Source of the DNA: an uncultured Collinsella sp.
Lineage (GTDB): Bacteria > Actinomycetota > Coriobacteriia > Coriobacteriales > Coriobacteriaceae
NCBI GenBank assembly: GCA_900544225.1
Contig: UQUD01000001.1
Coordinates: forward strand, 1-56,890
Direction: 5' to 3'
DNA: 56,890 bases
Shown here: piece after piece, positions 10,429-19,953 of the stretch
How positions within the stretch are numbered: position 1 is the first letter of the stretch
Layout: each line of letters opens with the position of its first letter
Notes under the pieces: model-generated
Seen by the model: the letters and a program-made list of their open reading frames with translations, nothing else
Databases searched by the model: none
Told to the model about the DNA's origin: nothing
Position numbers and translations under genes: made by a program

Positions 10429-10484
10429 TAGCCGTTGGGGACGTTCTTTAACGACTAGTCATTTAAGAACGTCCCCAACGGCTA
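10429..10484. repeat. REP-like palindrome, TTGGGGACGTTCT...AGAACGTCCCCAA family
   Basis: TAGCCGTTGGGGACGTTCTTTAACGACTAGTCATTTAAGAACGTCCCCAACGGCTA; copies at 17310 and 31096. Confidence 0.9.
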
Positions 10485-10491
10485 TGTTGCA

Positions 10492-10737
10492 CTAGAGCAG
10501 GTTTTCCTGCACCCATGCGATGATGTCGCTTGACTCGTAGAGCGGCTTGCCGTCGATGAACAAGCAGGGAACCTGGCGTTTTCCGCCGACGGCGATGAGT
10601 GTCTGCTCGGCTTCGGTATCGGTCGAGATATTGCGCTCGGGAATGGTCACGCCGTTATCGGCTAAAAAGCGCTTGACCTTTATGCAATACGGGCAGCCGG
10701 TCATAACGTAGAGCACGAGCTCGTGATCAGTAGTCAT
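10492..10737 (-). CDS. glutaredoxin/NrdH-like protein
   Basis: CPYC, QVPCLFIDG, YESSDI; GGAG RBS before ATG 10737. Confidence 0.9.
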   Translation of the reverse strand: MTTDHELVLYVMTGCPYCIKVKRFLADNGVTIPERNISTDTEAEQTLIAVGGKRQVPCLFIDGKPLYESSDIIAWVQENLL

Positions 10738-10788
10738 AGGTCTCCAATCGGTTGCGGTTTTGATTGAAATACCCAAAGCCGCCGCGGT

Positions 10789-11616
10789 CTATGCGCGGAC
10801 CAGTGACGACTCGATGGCTTGGACCAGAAACGCCGTGGCTCCGGTGCCGCAGGGCTTGTCGTAGTGGTCAACAAAGCGCTGATCGGCAAGATAGCCATGG
10901 GCGAGCCCCAAGTACGCCTCGTCTTGGGGCTCGTGTCCCCAGTTAAGGGCAATCCATCGACGGTGCATTGCGACAAGTTTGTGGGCCTCGTTGCTCTCTG
11001 GGTCGCCAATGCCCATGGCAATCGAAAGCTGGCCCAGAACAGCGCGTTCAAGTTCCTTCATGTCGTTCCATGTCTCGGGGTCCATGTCCAGCAGCGCTTC
11101 ATTTGCTGCATCGATAGCCTCATCGCCATAGCGTGCCCGCGCTTCGGCGCCGTAGCGCTCCTCGTTTTCCTGCACGGTGCGCCAGCGCTCCAGTTGCGGC
11201 AGGACGGCGCCCATGAGCGAGACGGCTTCGTCGAGCGACATGCCGGTGTTTTGCGCCAGCCGCGGGGCGCAATCCTCAATCATCGCCTCCATGGTGGTGT
11301 CGTAGGTGTACTTGCCGTGGTCGTAGCACCACTTGCAGTAATGGTCGGTCGTGGCGCCCGTGGCATCGGTGCCGCAGTCGTCGGGCGTGAGTATCATGCC
11401 GCAGCTCTGGCAATAATGCTCGGGTATTTCGAGCAGGTGGGACAACGGCTCTCCGGTTACGGCGGCAATGAGCTTCATCATGTCGATGCCCGGGGTGACC
11501 TCGTCGCGCTCCCAACGGCTGACGGCTTGGCGTGTGACGAAGAGTTTGGCGGCGAGCTGCTCTTGGGTAAGGTGATGGGCGCGACGGATGGCAATGAGCT
11601 TTTCTGCAAAGGCCAT
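10789..11616 (-). CDS. XRE HTH + zinc-ribbon + TipAS-like domain regulator
   Basis: LTQEQLAAKLFVTRQAVSRWE; CQSCGM...YCKWCY; C-terminal EARARYG...GLAHGYLADQRF TipAS-like region. Confidence 0.8.
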   Translation of the reverse strand: MAFAEKLIAIRRAHHLTQEQLAAKLFVTRQAVSRWERDEVTPGIDMMKLIAAVTGEPLSHLLEIPEHYCQSCGMILTPDDCGTDATGATTDHYCKWCYDHGKYTYDTTMEAMIEDCAPRLAQNTGMSLDEAVSLMGAVLPQLERWRTVQENEERYGAEARARYGDEAIDAANEALLDMDPETWNDMKELERAVLGQLSIAMGIGDPESNEAHKLVAMHRRWIALNWGHEPQDEAYLGLAHGYLADQRFVDHYDKPCGTGATAFLVQAIESSLVRA

Positions 11617-11757
11617 AGTGGCTCCTTTCTGCTGGTTGATGGCTTAAGCATACGCGGCGGCAGGCGCCCTTCCAAGCAACCGTTGGTTGCACGACAGGAG
11701 TCCACGGCGAAGAATTGCGCGCAACGCCCCACGCCTCCATGCCGTACAATGACCGGC

Positions 11758-12495
11758 ATGGAACCTATTGCACACATACATACCGACCTGCCGCAGAAGT
11801 TCGGCATTCCGCGCAACAGCTTTTTGGCGCCTCATCTGCAGGGACGCATCGTTTTTGAGCCGGAATTTGCCTCCAATGCAGCGGTTGAGGGTCTGGACTC
11901 CTTCTCTCACCTGTGGCTGCTGTGGCGCTTCGAAAACGGAACGCCCGGCGGCACGGCTAAGGACATAGCCGCCGATGCCAAAACGCAGGACAGGTCCGGT
12001 ACCAACGCAAAATGGTCGAAGACCGTGCGTCCGCCGCGCCTGGGTGGAGCCGAGCGTGTGGGCGTCTTTGCCACGCGCAGCCCGTTTCGCCCTAATCCCA
12101 TCGGTCTCACCTGCGTCAAGCTCGATCGTGTCGAGCTCACCGACGATGGCCCCATCATCTATGTGCTGGGGGCCGATCTGCGCGACGGCACGCCCATCTA
12201 CGACATTAAGCCCTACATTCCGTTTGCGGACTGCCACTCGGATGCGACCGGCGGCTGGATCGAGGATGCTCCGTGGCAAGAGCTCGATGTTAAGTTTCCG
12301 CAAGCACTGCAGGATATGGTCCCGCCCGCAAAGCTCCCCGGCTTGGTCGAGGTTCTACGCCAAGATCCGCGCCGCGCGGGCAGCAAGCACGAACCAAACC
12401 GCGTCTACCATCTGGCCTACGCCGGGCTCGACATATCGTTTACGGTCGACGAAACCCAGCTAACCGTAGTCGCCGTCAACGACGCGCAAGACTAA
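11758..12495 (+). CDS. tsaA: tRNA (N6-threonylcarbamoyl-A37) methyltransferase TrmO
   Basis: MEPIAHI, KFGIPR, VRPPRLGG, GVFATRSPFRPNPIG, DGTPIYDIKPY. The true start lies within the 558-aa ORF of the track. Confidence 0.92.
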   Translation: MEPIAHIHTDLPQKFGIPRNSFLAPHLQGRIVFEPEFASNAAVEGLDSFSHLWLLWRFENGTPGGTAKDIAADAKTQDRSGTNAKWSKTVRPPRLGGAERVGVFATRSPFRPNPIGLTCVKLDRVELTDDGPIIYVLGADLRDGTPIYDIKPYIPFADCHSDATGGWIEDAPWQELDVKFPQALQDMVPPAKLPGLVEVLRQDPRRAGSKHEPNRVYHLAYAGLDISFTVDETQLTVVAVNDAQD

Positions 12496-12603
12496 CCATC
12501 CGTCCGTATCCGTCAAAAACAACGCCAAACCCCATGCCAAAACCGCCCACGCTGGTGGACAATAACGCCTATCGAAACAGTCTACTTTGCATGGGAGCTC
12601 AGC

Positions 12604-13818
12604 ATGAAGTACGACTTTAGCTCGCTTATCGACCGCCACGGCATGGACTCCATCGCCGTTGACTCCTGGGGCGAGATCCCCGGTATGGCTCCGAACGCAC
12701 CCGACGAGGGCTTCGACCGCATTCCCATGTGGGTGGCCGACATGAATTTTGCCACGGTGCCCACGGTCCAGGAGTACATCATTCAGCGCGCTCAGCATCC
12801 CATGTTTGGCTACTTTAACCCGCGCGCCGAGTACTTCGACCGCATCATCGAATGGCAGAGCCGCCGCAATGGCGTCGAGGGCCTGCGCCCTGAACATATC
12901 GGCTACGAAAACGGCGTGCTGGGCGGTGTCGTGTCGACACTGCGTGCGTATGTTCAGCCGGGCGATGCGGTGCTGGTCCACAGCCCCACCTACATCGGCT
13001 TTACCAAGTCCATTGAGGCCGCGGGCTATCGTATTGTCCACAGCCCGCTTAAGCTCGACGACCAGGGCGTGTGGCGTATGGACTTTGAGGACATGGAGCA
13101 CAAGCTCGCCCAAAACCACATCCATGCCGCGGTGTTCTGCTCGCCGCACAATCCCTGCGGCCGCGTATGGGAGCGTGACGAGATCGAGCGCGCCATGGAC
13201 ATCTATCGTCAGCACGATTGCGTGGTGATCTCGGACGAGATTTGGTCCGATATCATCCTGCCGGGCCACAAGCATATCCCGACGCAGTCGGTGAGCGAGG
13301 ATGCTCGCATGCGCACGGTTGCCCTCTACGCGCCCAGCAAGACGTTCAACCTGGCGGGCCTGGTCGGCAGCTACCACATCATCTATAACGAGACGCTGCG
13401 CGACCGCGTGTGCGCCGTGTCCAACAAGACCCACTACAACGAGATGAATGTCCTCTCCATGCATGCGTTTATCGGTGCCTACCAGCCGCAGGGCTATGAG
13501 TGGGTGGACGAGCTCAATCAGGTGCTTGCCGGCAATATCGAGTACTTCTGCAATTACGTGGACGAGCATTTTGAGGGCGTGTCCTATTCGCGTCCGCAGG
13601 GCACGTACATGGTGTTTCTGGACTGCACCGAGTGGTGCCGCGAGCATGGCCGCGATATTCAGTGGTTGCTCGACGAGGGGGCGCGCGTGGGCGTTGGCTA
13701 CCAGGATGGCCGTCCGTTCCACGGGCCCTGCCACATTCGCGTGAATCTGGCGCTGCCGCTTTCGCGCGTGAGGGAAGCGTGCGACCGCTTGGATCGCTAC
13801 GTTTTTAATGCACGGTAA
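12604..13818 (+). CDS. MalY/PatB family PLP enzyme (cystathionine beta-lyase-like)
   Basis: PMWVADMNF, CSPHNPCGRVW, SDEIW, APSKTFNLAG. Confidence 0.92.
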   Translation: MKYDFSSLIDRHGMDSIAVDSWGEIPGMAPNAPDEGFDRIPMWVADMNFATVPTVQEYIIQRAQHPMFGYFNPRAEYFDRIIEWQSRRNGVEGLRPEHIGYENGVLGGVVSTLRAYVQPGDAVLVHSPTYIGFTKSIEAAGYRIVHSPLKLDDQGVWRMDFEDMEHKLAQNHIHAAVFCSPHNPCGRVWERDEIERAMDIYRQHDCVVISDEIWSDIILPGHKHIPTQSVSEDARMRTVALYAPSKTFNLAGLVGSYHIIYNETLRDRVCAVSNKTHYNEMNVLSMHAFIGAYQPQGYEWVDELNQVLAGNIEYFCNYVDEHFEGVSYSRPQGTYMVFLDCTEWCREHGRDIQWLLDEGARVGVGYQDGRPFHGPCHIRVNLALPLSRVREACDRLDRYVFNAR

Positions 13819-13913
13819 GCGCGCACTGCATGCGGAGCCTTCTGCCAAGTCGGCTAGAAGGCCCCGTGTGGTAAGGCATCTGTAACCATTGGGCGCAGAC
13901 CTGCTGCGGAGGT

Positions 13914-14393
13914 TTATTTTTCTTGAATCTGCTTACCGCAGAGATGCTCAATCGTAATCTCGTAGAGCTGGACGCCCTTGATGTCCTTGGCGATTTCCTC
14001 TTCGACTTCTTCGGCAGAAGGGTAGTACTTAAGCGCGAGCTGGCGGACTTTGTCCTCGATGAATGCAGGCGCCTCTTCAACCAGGCGACAACGGCCAAAG
14101 ACGACGGTGCTCATAACGTAGGGAGCCCAGTCGCCGTCCTGGTACCACTCGTTGCCGTAAACGGTAAAGCAGACCTTGTCATCGCGCTTGAGTGCGTCGA
14201 CCTTGTGGCCGGCCTTGGCGCCATGGAAATAAATCTTGTCGTGCTCGGCGTCAAAGAAGTAGTTGACGGGAATGGCGTACGGGTAGCCATCGTCACCGTT
14301 GACGGCAAAGACGCCGCGCTTGCAGGTGGCGAGCAGTTTGCGCGCTTCCTCGTCGGTGATGGCGCGTTTCTTTCGACGTAAGGGCCTAAACAT
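13914..14393 (-). CDS. pyridoxamine 5'-phosphate oxidase-like (NimA-like) flavin-binding protein
   Basis: MFRPLRRKKR, GYPYAIPVNY, YFHGAKAGHK, KVCFTV, STVVFG. Confidence 0.85.
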   Translation of the reverse strand: MFRPLRRKKRAITDEEARKLLATCKRGVFAVNGDDGYPYAIPVNYFFDAEHDKIYFHGAKAGHKVDALKRDDKVCFTVYGNEWYQDGDWAPYVMSTVVFGRCRLVEEAPAFIEDKVRQLALKYYPSAEEVEEEIAKDIKGVQLYEITIEHLCGKQIQEK

Positions 14394-14433
14394 CGTTGGC
14401 TTCCTTTCTGGTCGTGCGTGGTTGCTGCAAAAA

Positions 14434-17271
14434 CTATAGCGAAACGGATCCGTTTTTCTTGATGCGGGCGAGTATGTTTTTGAGCTTGTTAAAGTCGAGC
14501 GGTTTGGACAGATGGGCGTTCATGCCGGCGTCGTGTGCCGCCTTGGCGTCCTCGGCAAAGGCATTGGCGGTGAGCGCGATGATGGGGATATCGGCTGCAT
14601 CGACCTTCTCGCTCAGACGAATCGCGCGGGTTGCCTCATAGCCGTCCATGCCCGGCATCATGATGTCCATCAGAATCGCATCGAAGCTGCCGGCGGGATG
14701 TGACAGGTACAGATCGACGACTTCGTTGCCGTTGGCGGCGCGGGTGACCACGACGCCCTCGGATTCTAGCAGCGCCTGGGCAATCTCGGCATTCAATTCG
14801 TTGTCTTCGGCGAGCAGCACGTTCATGTCGGCGAGCGAGCAGTCGGGCGCCCTCTCGACCGTATCTGCTCGCGCCTGGGGGTTCTTGTCGATATCGAGCG
14901 GAATCTCCACGTAGAACGAGGTGCCCACATGGAGCTCACTGGTGACTTCGATGGTGCCGCCCATCAGTTCAATAAGGGACTTGACGATTGGCATGCCCAT
15001 GCCGGTTCCTTGGAACTTGCTGCGCGCATTGTTACCTTCTTGGGCAAACGGTTCATAGATATGCTTTAAAAACTCGGGAGCCATGCCAATGCCGGTATCC
15101 GAAACGCTAAAGCAAAAGAGCGCGCGCCCGTTATCGAGTGGCTTGGTCTTTGAGCTAAAGGTGACGGAGCCGCCGCGTTTGTTGTACTTAATGCTATTGT
15201 CTAACAGGTTGATCATGATCTGTCGGATATGGGTGGGACTGCCGATCATGTATGGTCCCGTGGCGTACGGCAGACTATTGTCCTGCATGGTGATGCAGTT
15301 ATCGGATGCGCGGAGCTTGCACAGCACCAGCGTATCGTCACAGAGCTCTTTGAGGTTAAAAGGCACATGTTCCAGTGTTAGCTTGCGGTCTTCGATTTTG
15401 CCCATCTCGAGGATATCGTTGATCAGTGAGAGCAGGTGATTGGCGGCAACGCGCGCCTTGGCACGGCTCTCGCGGGCGACCTGGATATCGCCTTCCTTCA
15501 ATTCCTCGATCTCGATAAGGCCCAGGATGCCGTTGAGCGGCGTACGGATGTCGTGGCTCATGCGCGTGAGGAATGCCGTCTTAGCGGCGTTGGCGGCATC
15601 GGCTTTTTTGCGCTCGGTTCGAGCGCGCACGAGCGCCCAGATGAGCAGGACGATGCCGACCGACAACATACCGATGAGGGTGGCTGCAATGGCGGTGCGG
15701 TTGCGATAAAGGAATTGAAGCGCGTTGGATTCCTGGGCCGTGTACGACGTGGAGGAGAAATTGCTTGCGGAGAGCGATTCTCCGGCATTGATGATGCCCT
15801 TGTTGATGATTCCCAGCAGCTCGGGCTTTCCGCGCGAAATCCAGCACGAGAGCTCACAGGTGTCAGGGAGCTCGACCGTCTCGCAGTCCTCGAGATCGTA
15901 ACGGTCGCCAATGGTTTTTACGCGTGAACTGGGAGCGACGATGCAGTGCGCCGTTCCCTTCCTGAGGGCGTCGAACACTTCATCGTCGGATTGGTATTCA
16001 GTTACGGTCGCTGTGGGGAACAGACTTTCAAGTGCATTTTTGTTGATAAACGATGATTTGGTACAGGCGATGTTCTGGAGGTCTTTGTTCAGGTTGCTGC
16101 CGGTGTGGATGGCGGTGAGGGACATGGTCCCCAACGATACCGACTGCACAACGCCTATTTGCTCGGCAAACCAGTAATCTCGGTATACCGGCAGCGCAAC
16201 GTCTATGCTTCCCTTTGACAGGGCCTTTGACATCATCTTGTAGCTATCAAAGGCGACGGTTTTGACCGTAATGCCAAATTTATCGTGCAACGTTGTCGCA
16301 AGCGATGCGAGCGAGCCTTCCATTTTGCCGTCTTCGTCTTCGTTGCAGTAGGGGAGTTTGCCCGTAATGTAGCCGAGTGTGATGGTGTTGTCATTTGCTT
16401 TGAGCCAGGAACGTTCGGGGCCGTTGAGCGATGATGAACCGCTGTTTTGGGTCGAGTAGTTAGATTTGACTTCGTCGTTATAGCGTGGGTTGACGCGGGC
16501 GATTGCCGTCATGGCAGCATTGATGTCGTTCATCAGGTCGGGGCGGCTTTTGGGAACGGCAAAATAGTAGTCGCTCGAGCCGATGTAGAACATGGGGGAG
16601 GCACTGGGCGACGAGGTCGTGTCGTTCATGATGACGGCATCGACTTCGTCGTTTGCGAGCGCGTCAAAGAGATCGGATCCTCCGTCATACTCCCTGTATG
16701 TGCAGGTGACTCCCTCGTTGGCGAGCCACTGCTGGCCAACGAAGGTTTGCATAACGCCAGGGTTGTAGCCGATAGTGAGACCTTGGAGTGCTTGAGGGTC
16801 ACCCTTTGCGAGGTCGTCACGGTCGGGCCTGGCGTAGATGTAGTAGCGCTCGGTGCCCTCGGGGTTCGAGGAAAAGAGCAGCTTTTGGGCGCGTTCCTCG
16901 GAGTAGGAGATGTTGGGCATGAGGTCGATTTCGCCCGCCTCGAGCATGTCCATAAGCTCGGTGAAGGTGCCAGAGACGTATTCGTACCGCCAACCGGGCG
17001 TGTAGTACGATAGGGTCTGGAGGTACTCGTAGCCCCATCCCGAGAGACGCTCGCCGGGGGTGCCGTCCTGGAAGCCCTCGTTGTTGACGAGCCAACCAAC
17101 GCGGGCCGTCTTGACCTGCTGATCGGATTCGGCGGCAAAGGCGGGGGCGGGTATGACGGCGCTCAGTACGGCGAACGCAGCAAGCGCGACGGCCAGGGTG
17201 CGACATATAACTGAACGAAGGACAGCGGAAGCTCTCACGTGCAATCCTAACGAATCGAGACAATACCGCAT
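14434..17271 (-). CDS. hybrid sensor kinase (two periplasmic-binding-like domains, HisKA, HATPase, receiver)
   Basis: N-terminal hydrophobic segment, PBP-like repeats, MSHDIRTPLN, NLLDNSIKY, GTGMGM, LLAEDN...MDIMMP...KP. Start uncertain. Confidence 0.9.
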   Translation of the reverse strand: MRYCLDSLGLHVRASAVLRSVICRTLAVALAAFAVLSAVIPAPAFAAESDQQVKTARVGWLVNNEGFQDGTPGERLSGWGYEYLQTLSYYTPGWRYEYVSGTFTELMDMLEAGEIDLMPNISYSEERAQKLLFSSNPEGTERYYIYARPDRDDLAKGDPQALQGLTIGYNPGVMQTFVGQQWLANEGVTCTYREYDGGSDLFDALANDEVDAVIMNDTTSSPSASPMFYIGSSDYYFAVPKSRPDLMNDINAAMTAIARVNPRYNDEVKSNYSTQNSGSSSLNGPERSWLKANDNTITLGYITGKLPYCNEDEDGKMEGSLASLATTLHDKFGITVKTVAFDSYKMMSKALSKGSIDVALPVYRDYWFAEQIGVVQSVSLGTMSLTAIHTGSNLNKDLQNIACTKSSFINKNALESLFPTATVTEYQSDDEVFDALRKGTAHCIVAPSSRVKTIGDRYDLEDCETVELPDTCELSCWISRGKPELLGIINKGIINAGESLSASNFSSTSYTAQESNALQFLYRNRTAIAATLIGMLSVGIVLLIWALVRARTERKKADAANAAKTAFLTRMSHDIRTPLNGILGLIEIEELKEGDIQVARESRAKARVAANHLLSLINDILEMGKIEDRKLTLEHVPFNLKELCDDTLVLCKLRASDNCITMQDNSLPYATGPYMIGSPTHIRQIMINLLDNSIKYNKRGGSVTFSSKTKPLDNGRALFCFSVSDTGIGMAPEFLKHIYEPFAQEGNNARSKFQGTGMGMPIVKSLIELMGGTIEVTSELHVGTSFYVEIPLDIDKNPQARADTVERAPDCSLADMNVLLAEDNELNAEIAQALLESEGVVVTRAANGNEVVDLYLSHPAGSFDAILMDIMMPGMDGYEATRAIRLSEKVDAADIPIIALTANAFAEDAKAAHDAGMNAHLSKPLDFNKLKNILARIKKNGSVSL

Positions 17272-17309
17272 AAGGATACCAGCTCAGCCTGCCCAGTCGG
17301 CAGCTGGTG

Positions 17310-17361
17310 GTCATTGGGGACGTTCTTAAACGACTAGTCATTTAAGAACGTCCCCAATGAC
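17310..17361. repeat. REP-like palindrome, TTGGGGACGTTCT family
   Basis: GTCATTGGGGACGTTCTTAAACGACTAGTCATTTAAGAACGTCCCCAATGAC. Confidence 0.9.
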
Positions 17362-17433
17362 TAGTTCCGTTTGCGGGGGAGGCGTGGGACAATACCGAGC
17401 GAACGTGATTGGTTGTCCGTGGAAAGGGTCGCG

Positions 17434-17859
17434 ATGAAAAAGCTCAGGACGCTTGCCGATGTGCTGCGACAGGCTGGCTTTGCACGCATTACGGGCCTGT
17501 TTCTTATTTTCTATCTGCTTTGCTCGACGGCTGTCTGGCTGTCCGAGCCCACGACCCTCACGTTTGGCGATGGTCTCTGGTTTAGCTTTGAGACGGTCTC
17601 GACGATTGGCTTTGGCGACATTCCGGCCGAAACGCCGGTCGCCCGTGTCATCACGGTCGTCCTGAGCGTTATCAGCATTTTTTACATTGCCATGCTCACG
17701 GGCGTTGCGGTGAGCTACTGCAATACGCTCATCAAGATGCGCCAAAAGGACACCATGGCGCGCTTTATGGATGATCTGGAGCATTTGGAAGAGCTCGATC
17801 GCGACCAGCTCGCCGATCTGTCGCGCCGCGTGCGCGAATATCGGCGCCGCCAACGCTAG
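17434..17859 (+). CDS. 2-TM potassium channel family protein
   Basis: LWFSFETVSTIGFGD pore/selectivity filter between two TMs. Confidence 0.88.
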   Translation: MKKLRTLADVLRQAGFARITGLFLIFYLLCSTAVWLSEPTTLTFGDGLWFSFETVSTIGFGDIPAETPVARVITVVLSVISIFYIAMLTGVAVSYCNTLIKMRQKDTMARFMDDLEHLEELDRDQLADLSRRVREYRRRQR

Positions 17860-17895
17860 AGCGGGCGCCACGCATCACGATGAGGGGGACTGAAT

Positions 17896-18429
17896 ATGAA
17901 TATCACCGTGTATCTGGGTGCCAGCGCCGGCAATGACCCGGCGTTTCTGCCCGCGGTGCAGGAGCTGGGCAATTGGATTGGCGCCAACGGACACGCGCTC
18001 GTATACGGCGGGTCCAAATCGGGACTGATGGGCGCGCTCGCCGATAGCGTACTCGAGGCAGGCGGACATGTGACGGGTGTGGAGCCGAGCTTTTTTATCG
18101 AGGCAGAGTTTCAACACGACGGAATCGACGACCTTATCGTGACGAGCGACATGGCCGAGCGCAAAGCCAAGATGATCGAGCTCGGTGATGCGTTCATCGC
18201 ATTTCCGGGCGGCACGGGCACGCTCGAGGAGATTGCCGAGGTTATGTCCGCGGTGTCGTTGGGGCACCTGAGCTCTCCGTGCATCCTGTATAACCTGGAC
18301 GGTTACTACAACGACCTCAAGGCGTTGCTCGGGCACATGATTGATAAGGGGCTTTCGAGCCCGAGGCGCCAGCACGGCATCTACTTTGCCGACGATTTGC
18401 GCGAGATTGCCTCGATTATCAACGGATAA
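17896..18429 (+). CDS. LOG family (TIGR00730-like) protein
   Basis: LVYGG, GLMG, MAERK, PGGTGTLEE. Confidence 0.92.
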   Translation: MNITVYLGASAGNDPAFLPAVQELGNWIGANGHALVYGGSKSGLMGALADSVLEAGGHVTGVEPSFFIEAEFQHDGIDDLIVTSDMAERKAKMIELGDAFIAFPGGTGTLEEIAEVMSAVSLGHLSSPCILYNLDGYYNDLKALLGHMIDKGLSSPRRQHGIYFADDLREIASIING

Positions 18430-18554
18430 GTCTTGAGCCTGCCCCACTATGGCTCCCAATGGTGCCGTTTGCGGCGCAGGTGGTTGGCTCGTTCGGGCAA
18501 CGCTCGCTCTACAATAAAACGTATCTATGTCGACTTTGACCGCGGGAGGACCCG

Positions 18555-19859
18555 ATGGATAACCTTGCCAAACCCACGAACCGAGCGCTGTTTTTGGTCA
18601 GCGTTGCCGTGACCGGTGCACTCGCGGGTGCCGCAGTCTGGCTGTTCTTTTTTGCGATGGAGCACGGTATCGACTATCTGTGGACCGAGATCCCCCACAT
18701 GCTGGGCGCGGCGTCGCCCGAACTCGCCAGCGGCCCGTTTGGCTTTTTGCCGTACCCGTTTTTCGTCTGCCTGCTGGGCGGCCTGTTAATCGGTCTGTAC
18801 GAAAAGATGACAGGCACCAAGACCGATGACCTCAACCAGGTGATGGCTAAGGTTAAGCAAGACGGGCGCTACCCGTACGACAAACTGGGCAAGCTTTCGC
18901 TCGCGGCATTGCTGCCGCTGCTGTTTGGCGGAAGCATTGGACCGGAGGCCGGCCTGACCGGCGTTATCGCTGGTCTGTGCAGCTGGGTCGGCGACCGCAT
19001 GCGTCGCTTTGGCGCCGAGTTTAGGGAGCTTACGCTGCTGGGTACCCAGGCTGCCCTGACGGCGCTCTTTACCGCGCCCGTCTTTGGCTTTGTGGCACCG
19101 CTTGCCGGTAGCGCCGATGGCCAGGGCGAAGACGCCGACGATGAGTCCGCGTCCGGCGAGATCACCATCAAGTTGCCCAAGGCGCAAAAGACGGTGGTCT
19201 ACGGCATCGCGATTGCCGGCGGTCTGGGCACCTACCTGCTGCTTGGCCAGCTTGTGGGCGGCGGCATGGGCATGCCCAGGTTCGAGTCCGCCGAGGTGGG
19301 CAATCTGGAACTTGTCTGGCTCATTCCGCTGGCGTTGGTCGGCACCGTATGCGGTTGGCTGTACTTTGTCTCCGAGCATGCGAGCGAGGCACTGTCACAT
19401 GCAATAGGGGAGCGTCCTGTCGTCAAGGCCATGCTAGCCGGTTTGGCGCTTGCTATCTGCGGCACGGTCCTGCCCTACACCATGTTTGCTGGCGAGACCC
19501 AGGCCGACGTGCTCATGGAAACCTATCTGACCATTCCTGCCGGCGTGCTTATCGCGACCGGTCTTGTTAAGGCCATGCTGACGCCCGCCCTCATCAGCCT
19601 TGGCTGGCGCGGCGGCCACTTCTTCCCGGTTATCTTCTCGGGCGTAAGCCTGGGCTATGGCCTTGCCATCCTCACCGGCGCAGATCCGGTCTTTTGCGTC
19701 GCCGTCTGCACGGCATCGACGATGGGCGCCGTCATGCGCCAGCCCGTCATGGTCGTGGGCCTGCTGCTCATGTGCTTCCCGCTCAAGGGCATCGTCTGCA
19801 TGATCATTGCCGCAGCCATCGCCGCCGGCATTCCGCTGCCCAAGCCGCTGCGCAAGTAG
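18555..19859 (+). CDS. ClC chloride channel family protein
   Basis: GGSIGPEAG, GWRGGHFFP, multiple TMs; GGAGG RBS. Confidence 0.85.
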   Translation: MDNLAKPTNRALFLVSVAVTGALAGAAVWLFFFAMEHGIDYLWTEIPHMLGAASPELASGPFGFLPYPFFVCLLGGLLIGLYEKMTGTKTDDLNQVMAKVKQDGRYPYDKLGKLSLAALLPLLFGGSIGPEAGLTGVIAGLCSWVGDRMRRFGAEFRELTLLGTQAALTALFTAPVFGFVAPLAGSADGQGEDADDESASGEITIKLPKAQKTVVYGIAIAGGLGTYLLLGQLVGGGMGMPRFESAEVGNLELVWLIPLALVGTVCGWLYFVSEHASEALSHAIGERPVVKAMLAGLALAICGTVLPYTMFAGETQADVLMETYLTIPAGVLIATGLVKAMLTPALISLGWRGGHFFPVIFSGVSLGYGLAILTGADPVFCVAVCTASTMGAVMRQPVMVVGLLLMCFPLKGIVCMIIAAAIAAGIPLPKPLRK

Positions 19860-19953
19860 CACGGCAGCGCGCGGTCAGTACAAACATCTCAAGTCCGGTG
19901 CGGGCGCTGTGTCACGGATTTGCGGGTGGACTGGATTTCGTTCGGTATCGGCG

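Noticed and set aside
10819..11757. 558-aa ORF as one long protein
   Set aside because: The first 313 codons are antisense to the XRE/TipAS gene; TrmO homology begins at ATG 11758.
13914..14393. nim metronidazole-resistance gene
   Set aside because: Belongs to the broad NimA-like flavin-binding family; resistance cannot be inferred from motifs alone.
18430..18554. Fluoride riboswitch before the ClC gene
   Set aside because: No GGCGATGG...TGATG-type consensus; the channel lacks the GREGT fluoride-type motif.
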